Shown here: positions 1 to 4,318 of the stretch, in pieces | How positions within the stretch are numbered: the first letter of the stretch is position 1 | Layout of the letters: each line of letters starts with the position of its first letter | From: Clostridiales bacterium UBA5888 | GTDB taxonomy: Bacteria > Bacillota > Clostridia > Oscillospirales > Oscillospiraceae | Direction: 5' to 3' | DNA: 6,242 bases | Assembly (NCBI GenBank): GCA_002431965.1 | Contig: DJEW01000042.1 | Span: 887-7,128, forward strand | Position numbers and translations under genes: made by a program | Notes under the pieces: generated by a model | Seen by the model: only the letters and a program-made list of their open reading frames with translations | What the model was told of the DNA's origin: nothing | Database searches by the model: none

Positions 1-18
1 AGCACTGTTCAAGACCAT
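1..18 (-). CDS. 5' end of an unidentified minus-strand gene that runs off the left edge of the window (only about 4-6 codons visible)
   Basis: The reverse complement of 1-40 reads ACAGGAGGAAATGGTCTTGAACAGTGCT. AGGAGG lies at 26..21. ATG at 18..16 has only a 2-nt spacer, while the in-frame TTG at 12..10 has an 8-nt spacer, so the true start is ambiguous. A promoter-like element sits upstream at 72-100. Too little sequence is present to identify the product. Confidence 0.3.
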
Positions 19-71
19 TTCCTCCTGTTATTTCGATAGTATTCAACACTTGGCTTTCGGGTATTTTGCCT

Positions 72-100
72 ATCTTAGCGCATCGGCGAGAGACTGTCAA
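72..100 (-). promoter_or_regulatory. Putative sigma-A-type promoter for the gene starting near position 18
   Basis: The minus strand reads TTGACA (100..95), a 17-nt spacer, then TAAGAT (77..72). It lies just downstream of the rpsU terminator and about 45 nt upstream of the AGGAGG at 26..21. Confidence 0.45.
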
Positions 101-119
101 CACAGAAAAATACTTTATG

Positions 120-154
120 GCAAAAACAAAATCCCCGCTCGGATGAGCGGGGAT
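120..154 (-). terminator. Rho-independent terminator of rpsU
   Basis: A perfect 10-bp stem pairs ATCCCCGCTC (131-140) with GAGCGGGGAT (145-154) around a 4-nt loop. On the minus strand it is followed by TTTGTTTTTG (reverse complement of 121-130). It begins 15 nt after the rpsU stop codon. Confidence 0.85.
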
Positions 155-169
155 CTGTGCGATCGAAAA

Positions 170-349
170 TCAATAATAGCGCTTGTTCTTGCGGGCGGCC
201 TCGGATTTCTTGCGGCGCTTGACGCTGGGGCTCTGGTAGTACTCCTTCTTACGCAGGTCAGCCAGAACTCCGGCCTTCGCGCAGGAGCGCTTGAAGCGCT
301 TCAGAGCGGCATCCAGAGACTCGTTTTCCTTGACATGGATTTCAGACAT
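170..349 (-). CDS. rpsU: 30S ribosomal protein S21
   Basis: Hand translation of the minus strand from ATG 349..347 to TGA 172..170 gives [59 protein letters not shown] (59 aa). This matches the S21 family pattern (ESLDxALxRFKRxxxKxGxLxxxRxxxxYExPSxKRxxKxxxA). The SD GGAGGGAGGG lies 7-8 nt upstream. The gene is absent from the ORF track because it is short. Confidence 0.93.
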   Translation of the reverse strand: MSEIHVKENESLDAALKRFKRSCAKAGVLADLRKKEYYQSPSVKRRKKSEAARKNKRYY

Positions 350-372
350 TCTATATCCCTCCCTCCGCAGGC

Positions 373-404
373 GCCGAAACGCTTTGGAAGATCAAACTTT
401 CGGC
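373..404 (-). promoter_or_regulatory. Stem-loop in the rpsU 5' leader
   Basis: GCCGAAA (373-379) pairs with TTTCGGC (398-404), and an inner stem pairs TTTG (383-386) with CAAA (393-396). The structure lies between the predicted transcription start (about 411) and the SD (about 352-361) of rpsU. Its function is unknown. Confidence 0.3.
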
Positions 405-417
405 TTTTAACGTGGGT

Positions 418-446
418 ATTATAAGCTGTCCGGCGTTTCTTGTCAA
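418..446 (-). promoter_or_regulatory. Consensus sigma-A-type promoter of rpsU
   Basis: The minus strand reads TTGACA (446..441), a 17-nt spacer (AGAAACGCCGGACAGCT), then TATAAT (423..418). Both hexamers match consensus perfectly at optimal spacing, about 70 nt upstream of the rpsU ATG. Confidence 0.75.
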
Positions 447-545
447 GGGCGAGATTGGGAACAAACCGTGAACATTGCCAAATCGCCGCCCGGTTTTACC
501 GTCGTTTTTCCTCTGCTTCCTTTCCCGGGAACAGATTTTTGTGCG

Positions 546-574
546 TTTACATTCGCGGCGGCGTGTGGTAAAAT
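546..574 (+). promoter_or_regulatory. Putative extended -10 promoter of the release-factor gene
   Basis: TTTACA (546-551), a 17-nt spacer ending in TGG (a TGn extended -10 at 566-568), then TAAAAT (569-574). It lies about 33 nt upstream of ATG 607 and is divergent from the rpsU promoter. Confidence 0.6.
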
Positions 575-606
575 TTATATTTATATGGGAAGGAGGAGAC
601 GCGCGG

Positions 607-1647
607 ATGCTCGAAAAGCTGAAAAGTCTCTCGCAGAAATACGCGGAGATCGAGTACATGCTCTCGCAAAGCGAAGTCTGGGCGGACGCTCAGAAGGCCG
701 CGGCGCTCAGCCGCGAGAAGGCCGAGCTCACCCCTCTGATGGAGGCCTACGAACGCTACGAGGCCTTCCGGCAGGAGGCCGGGAGCGCGGAAGCGCTTCT
801 CTCCGACCCCGAAATGAAAGACCTTGCGCGCGAAACGCTCAGCGAGGCGCGAATCGGTATGGAGCGCACGGCGGAGGAGCTGAAGATCCTCCTGCTGCCG
901 AAGGACCCGGACGACGGGAAAAACGTCATTGTGGAGATCCGCGGCGGCGTCGGCGGAGAGGAAAGCGCTCTCTTTGCCGCCGATCTCTTCCGGATGTACG
1001 AAATGTACGCCGAGCGGAAGGGCTTCTCGGTCGAGATCGTCAACCGCAGCGAGACCGAACTCGGCGGCATCCGGGAGATCGATTTCATCGTCGGCGGCGC
1101 GAACGCCTTTTCGCGCTTCCGGTTTGAAAGCGGCGTGCACCGCGTGCAGCGCGTGCCGGAAACGGAGACGCAGGGCCGCATCCACACGAGCACCTGCACC
1201 GTGGCGGTGCTGCCGGAGCTGGAAGAGACCGAGTTTCATCTGGACCCCGCCGAATTGCAGATCGATACGTTCCGCTCCTCCGGCGCGGGCGGGCAGAAGG
1301 TCAACAAGACCTCCTCCGCCGTGCGTCTGACCCATATCCCCACCGGGATCGTCGTGGCAAGTCAGGTCGAGCGCAGTCATTTTCAGAACCTTGAAAACTG
1401 CAAAAACATGCTGCGCGCACGTCTCGCCGAAATAAAGGAGCGCGAGCATCTTGAAAAGATAAGCGACATAAAGGGCGTACAGATGAAGATAGAATGGGGC
1501 AGCCAGATCCGCTCTTACGTTTTCATGCCGTATCAGCTCGTGAAGGATCACCGCACAAACTACGAAAACGGCAATATCGACAACGTCATGAACGGCGATA
1601 TTGACGGCTTTATAAACGCCTATCTCTCCATGCGCGCCGCCGGCTGA
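607..1647 (+). CDS. prfA: Class-I peptide chain release factor of 346 aa, with an RF1-type N-terminal, decoding and GGQ region and an RF2-like C-terminal domain (see findings)
   Basis: The start is ATG 607, with AGGAGG at 591-596 and a 10-nt spacer. The track ORF start at 475 lies upstream in the promoter region. RF1 hallmarks include DPEMKDLARE, LLPKDPDDGKNVIVEIRGG and FESGVHRVQRVPETETQGRIHTS, with the PxT-type tripeptide PET at nt 1156-1164. GGQ lies at nt 1288-1296. The C-terminus IEWGSQIRSYVFMPYQLVKDHRTNYENGNIDNVMNGDIDGFINAYL (nt 1489-1626) is an RF2-family signature. The frame is continuous, with no prfB-style +1 frameshift. The symbol prfA is assigned on the decoding domain only. Confidence 0.88.
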   Translation: MLEKLKSLSQKYAEIEYMLSQSEVWADAQKAAALSREKAELTPLMEAYERYEAFRQEAGSAEALLSDPEMKDLARETLSEARIGMERTAEELKILLLPKDPDDGKNVIVEIRGGVGGEESALFAADLFRMYEMYAERKGFSVEIVNRSETELGGIREIDFIVGGANAFSRFRFESGVHRVQRVPETETQGRIHTSTCTVAVLPELEETEFHLDPAELQIDTFRSSGAGGQKVNKTSSAVRLTHIPTGIVVASQVERSHFQNLENCKNMLRARLAEIKEREHLEKISDIKGVQMKIEWGSQIRSYVFMPYQLVKDHRTNYENGNIDNVMNGDIDGFINAYLSMRAAG

Positions 1648-1658
1648 CGCGCTGCGCG

Positions 1659-1680
1659 ACCGTATTTATACCGTATCTAT
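1659..1680. repeat. Tandem 11-bp direct repeat (2 copies, 1 mismatch)
   Basis: ACCGTATTTAT (1659-1669) is immediately followed by ACCGTATCTAT (1670-1680). It sits in the intergenic space 12 nt after the release-factor stop codon. Confidence 0.5.
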
Positions 1681-1685
1681 GACGC

Positions 1686-1713
1686 ACGGCAGCGGCACGA
1701 ATGCCGCTGCCGT
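1686..1713. terminator. GC-rich 12-bp hairpin between convergent units; a possible U-tract-less bidirectional terminator or RNA-stabilising element
   Basis: ACGGCAGCGGCA (1686-1697), loop CGAA, then TGCCGCTGCCGT (1702-1713), a perfect 12-bp stem. There is no T-tract on either strand, so it is not a canonical intrinsic terminator. It lies 39 nt after the release-factor stop and 8 nt after the sORF stop. Confidence 0.35.
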
Positions 1714-1721
1714 CGAGACCG

Positions 1722-1784
1722 TCACCGTCCGCTCGGGCCGGGGTCGTAATCGCCGAAGATCATATCGTCAATATCGTATTCCAT
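1722..1784 (-). CDS. Candidate small ORF of 20 aa (MEYDIDDMIFGDYDPGPSGR), unknown function
   Basis: The minus strand shows AAAGGAGG (AGGAGG at 1797..1792), the 7-nt spacer AAGAAAC, ATG 1784..1782 and TGA stop at 1724..1722. A weak promoter candidate lies upstream: TTCATA (1848..1843), an 18-nt spacer, then TAAAAT (1824..1819). The hairpin at 1686-1713 follows the stop. I recognise no homology, and the ORF is too short for coding statistics. Confidence 0.35.
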   Translation of the reverse strand: MEYDIDDMIFGDYDPGPSGR

Positions 1785-1897
1785 GTTTCTTCCTCCTTTA
1801 TTTTATCAGCACATACTAATTTTATGCGCCGGTCTCCGGCATTATGAACTCTGCGTAAAAAATATTCCGTCGAAACGCGCCGGATGCATAATTTTGC

Positions 1898-1926
1898 TTG
1901 ATTCATGCAGGGCATTGAGTTATAAT
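1898..1926 (+). promoter_or_regulatory. Putative sigma-A-type promoter of the PPIase gene
   Basis: TTGATT (1898-1903), a 17-nt spacer, then TATAAT (1921-1926), about 45 nt upstream of ATG 1972. Confidence 0.7.
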
Positions 1927-1971
1927 ATTCAAGCTGTTTTATAATTTTATTAAACAAAAGGATGACACATA

Positions 1972-3516
1972 ATGAGCGCATCAACCGAAAAGAAAAACCG
2001 CCAGGCCGCCCGCGAGGCCGGCACTGACAAAAAGCTTCTCGCCGCGCAGGAAGAGGCGAGAAAGCAGGCAAAGAGCAAGCGTCGCTGGACGATAGGCACG
2101 ATACTTGTCGTGCTGCTCATCGCCGCCATCATCTTCCTTGACTCCGGCTTTCTCTACAAGAACACCACCGCCGTCACAGTCGGCGATGAGAGCTATTCCC
2201 CTGCGGAGATGAACTATCAGTACGCCAGCCAGTACTATAACTGGATCAACCAGTACGGCAGCTATGCGTCCATGTTCGGGCTGGACACCTCCACGGGTCT
2301 TGCCGGGCTCAGCTCGCAGAGCTGCGCAATGTCTGACGGCGGCACATGGAAGGATTTCTTCCTCGACAGCGCCGTTGAGACGCTCGTTCAGAACAAGGCT
2401 CTCACCGACTACGCCGCCGAAAACGGCATCACCCTGACGGATGAAGAGAAAGCTACCGTTGATTCCGATGTTGACTCCGTCGCATCCTACGCCAAGCTTC
2501 AGGGCTACTCCAGCGCGGACAACTTCCTCGCTGCAAACTATGGCACCGGCGTAAACACCAAGATCGCAAAACAGGCGGCATATGAAAGCTCCCTCGCCTC
2601 CAAGGCGGCGCAGGAATATTCCGATTCTCTTGTGTATACCGACGCTCAGCTTGAAGAGAAGTATGCCAGCTACAACGGCGAGCGCGACTATTTTGACATA
2701 GCCTACTACTATGCCGCCGCCGAGACCGTCGCCGCCGAGGACGGCACGCAGGCCGCCACCGAGGAAACCGTCGCCGCGGCAAAAGCCACGGCTGACGCCA
2801 TTCTCGACGCTTACAACGCCGCCGATGGCGACGATATTGCGGCAAGGCTCAACGAAGCGCTCGCCGAGGCGGGTGTGGATGGTGAGTGCGTGCATAATAC
2901 CGCAATTGCCGGCTCTTCCCTGGGCACATACAAGGACTGGGCAATGGACAGCTCCCGCAAGGCAGGCGACGCGACCGTCACCCCCAACGCCAACGAGGAC
3001 GGGTACTATGTCGTCGCGTTCATCTCCCGCAGCGACAACCACTATAAGCTCGCGCAGGTGCGCCACATCCTCATAAAGGCAGAGGCCGACGAGAACGGCG
3101 AGTACACCGACGAGGCGAAGGCCGCCGCAAAAGCGCGCGCCGAGGAGCTTTATGCCGAGTGGAAGGCAGGTCCTGCAACGGAGGAGAGCTTTGCGGAAAT
3201 GGCGGACGAGTATTCCGAGGACACCGGCTCAAATACGAACGGCGGTCTCTATGATTCCGTGCGCAAGGGGCAGATGGTGGAGGAGTTTGATGCGTTCTGC
3301 TTTGCCGGGCATAAGCACGGCGACACCGCCATCGTCTACGGCGAGAGCAGCAGCTATGCCGGTTACCACATCGTCTACTATGTCGGCGAGGGCGAGCTTT
3401 GCAGCAACGAGATCGCGCGCACCGACCTTCAGTCTGCCGACCTTGAAAGCTGGCTCACCGGTCTGACCGAAAACTACAGCGCCGCCAAGAGCTTCTGGTT
3501 CAGGCTGGTCGGCTGA
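1972..3516 (+). CDS. Membrane-anchored peptidyl-prolyl cis-trans isomerase, parvulin/PpiC type (PrsA/PpiD-like foldase)
   Basis: The 514-aa ORF starts with a basic N-terminal tail, followed by one hydrophobic helix (WTIGTILVVLLIAAIIFLDSGF, about nt 2086-2151). A long Ala/Asp/Glu-rich region follows. The C-terminal parvulin domain reads VRHILIK...FAEMADEYSEDTGSNTNGGLYDSVRKGQMVEEFDAFCF...GDTAIVYGESSSYAGYHIVYYVG (about nt 3049-3390). There is no lipobox Cys, so this is a TM anchor rather than a lipoprotein. Confidence 0.85.
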   Translation: MSASTEKKNRQAAREAGTDKKLLAAQEEARKQAKSKRRWTIGTILVVLLIAAIIFLDSGFLYKNTTAVTVGDESYSPAEMNYQYASQYYNWINQYGSYASMFGLDTSTGLAGLSSQSCAMSDGGTWKDFFLDSAVETLVQNKALTDYAAENGITLTDEEKATVDSDVDSVASYAKLQGYSSADNFLAANYGTGVNTKIAKQAAYESSLASKAAQEYSDSLVYTDAQLEEKYASYNGERDYFDIAYYYAAAETVAAEDGTQAATEETVAAAKATADAILDAYNAADGDDIAARLNEALAEAGVDGECVHNTAIAGSSLGTYKDWAMDSSRKAGDATVTPNANEDGYYVVAFISRSDNHYKLAQVRHILIKAEADENGEYTDEAKAAAKARAEELYAEWKAGPATEESFAEMADEYSEDTGSNTNGGLYDSVRKGQMVEEFDAFCFAGHKHGDTAIVYGESSSYAGYHIVYYVGEGELCSNEIARTDLQSADLESWLTGLTENYSAAKSFWFRLVG

Positions 3517-3533
3517 TAACGTACTGAATTTTT

Positions 3534-3565
3534 ATCCGCCGAAAGCCGCATGACTTTCGGCGGAT
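3534..3565 (+). terminator. 12-bp hairpin after the PPIase gene; a possible weak terminator, attenuator or processing site
   Basis: ATCCGCCGAAAG (3534-3545), an 8-nt loop, then CTTTCGGCGGAT (3554-3565). The downstream sequence TCGCTATGG lacks a proper U-tract, so read-through into tcdA is plausible. Confidence 0.4.
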
Positions 3566-3593
3566 TCGCTATGGGAATTATAAGGTAAACATT

Positions 3594-4307
3594 ATGAACG
3601 AAAGAACAATGCGCGCGCAGATGCTGCTGGGCAGCGGCGCAATGGACGCTCTTCGCGCCGCGCATGTCGCGGTGTTCGGTCTGGGCGGCGTCGGCTCGTG
3701 GTGCGCCGAAGCGCTTGCGCGCTCCGGTGTGGGAACGCTCACGCTTATAGATCAGGACACCGTCTCGCGCTCCAACATCAACCGCCAGCTCTGCGCACTG
3801 GAATCCACCGTCGGTCTTTCAAAGGCGGAGGTCATGGCAGCCAGAGTGCGCGATATCAACCCGGACATTGCCGTGCACGCCGTCGTCGGCTGCTACTCCG
3901 GCGCAGACCGTGACCGCTTTTTCGCCGATTATGACTACGTTGTGGACGCGATCGACCTCGTCTCATGCAAGGTTGACCTCATCATGAGCTGCCGTGAGCG
4001 CGGCATACCCATCATCTCCGCGCTCGGCACCGGCAACAAGCGCAATGCGGCGCTGCTGGAGATAACCGACATTTCCAAAACCTATGGCTGCGCCCTTGCG
4101 CGCGTCGTGCGGAAGGAGCTCCGCGCACGCGGCGTGACGCGCCACACGGTGGTCTTCTCCCCGGAAGAGCCGATGCAGCCGGACGCGCTGGAGGCTCCCC
4201 CTCCCGGACGGAGAAGCGTCCCGGGATCGCTGGTGTGGGTCCCGGCAAGCGCGGGGCTGCTTTTGTGCCAGCACGTCGTCGCGCAGCTGACCGGTCTTTC
4301 CGAATAG
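3594..4307 (+). CDS. tcdA: tRNA threonylcarbamoyladenosine dehydratase (ct6A37 synthase), ThiF/HesA/MoeB-family E1-like enzyme
   Basis: The 237-aa ORF contains VAVFGLGGVGSWCAEALARSGVGTLTLIDQDTVSRSNINRQLCAL..VGLSKAEVMAARVRDINP. This closely parallels the E. coli TcdA/CsdL motif GIGGVGSWAAEALARTGIGAITLIDMDDVCVTNTNRQIHAL..VGLAKAEVMAERIRQINP. A weak RBS (AAGG) lies 8 nt upstream of ATG 3594. Confidence 0.85.
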   Translation: MNERTMRAQMLLGSGAMDALRAAHVAVFGLGGVGSWCAEALARSGVGTLTLIDQDTVSRSNINRQLCALESTVGLSKAEVMAARVRDINPDIAVHAVVGCYSGADRDRFFADYDYVVDAIDLVSCKVDLIMSCRERGIPIISALGTGNKRNAALLEITDISKTYGCALARVVRKELRARGVTRHTVVFSPEEPMQPDALEAPPPGRRSVPGSLVWVPASAGLLLCQHVVAQLTGLSE

Positions 4308-4318
4308 GAGGTGCACGG

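Noticed and set aside
522-531. Perfect 10-bp palindrome TTCCCGGGAA about 15 bp upstream of the release-factor -35 element, as a possible operator
   Set aside because: It is a single short palindrome in GC-rich DNA with no second copy in the window. I cannot distinguish it from chance without genome-wide motif searches.
475-606. N-terminal extension of the release-factor ORF (track starts at 475 and at 468 in another frame)
   Set aside because: The extension has no SD and encodes an implausible sequence (MPNRRPVLPSFFLCFLS...). It also covers the predicted promoter (546-574). ATG 607 has AGGAGG 10 nt upstream and begins with the normal RF N-terminus MLEKLKSL.
607-760. A prfB-style programmed +1 frameshift site (CUU UGA C preceded by an internal SD)
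   Set aside because: The reading frame is continuous from 607 to 1647. I found no in-frame TGA or CTTTGAC motif in the first ~50 codons. The only nearby TGA (in CCTCTGATGG around 735-741) is out of frame and is not needed to explain the product.
547-1551. Long antisense or alternate-frame ORFs across the release-factor gene (547..1551 minus, 756..1199 minus, 929..1330 plus, 468..1127 plus)
   Set aside because: These are typical high-GC shadow ORFs. They are Arg/Ala/Pro/Gly-rich and low in complexity, have no SD, and are fully overlapped by a gene with strong family identity.
1679-1820. Plus-strand ATG at 1679 opening an ORF of about 46 codons through the hairpin and sORF region
   Set aside because: It has no SD, an Arg-rich then hydrophobic nonsense product, and it reads through the hairpin. 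The minus-strand sORF has far better initiation signals.
1760-2132. Minus-strand ORFs 1760..2071 (103 aa) and 1950..2132 (60 aa)
   Set aside because: They run through the PPIase promoter, SD and 5' coding region and have no SD. The 103-aa product looks like intergenic read-through (Arg/Pro-rich, then AT-rich junk).
2721-2778. Imperfect direct repeat in the PPIase gene (GAGACCGTCGCCGCCG and GAAACCGTCGCCGCGG, encoding ETVAAE and ETVAAA)
   Set aside because: It is short and imperfect, and it lies within an Ala/Glu-rich low-complexity linker. This is most simply a compositional bias of the protein, not a functional DNA repeat.
1981-3466. Shadow ORFs inside the PPIase gene (1981..3066 minus 361 aa, 2453..2845 minus, 2711..3076 plus, 2811..2993 minus, 3152..3466 plus)
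   Set aside because: Their compositions are Arg/Pro/Gly/Ala-rich, as expected from off-frame translation of GC-rich coding DNA. They have no recognisable domains or initiation signals.
3579-3584. TATAAG as a -10 element for an independent tcdA promoter
   Set aside because: It lies only about 10 nt from ATG 3594, so a transcript from it would lack the AAGG ribosome-binding site. There is also no convincing -35 element. tcdA is more likely read through from the PPIase transcript, or uses a promoter I cannot resolve.
4235-4318. Upstream start (4235) for rarA
   Set aside because: It would overlap the last 73 nt of tcdA, has no SD and adds an Arg/Ala-rich tail. ATG 4319 has AGGAGG at optimal spacing and gives the normal RarA N-terminus.
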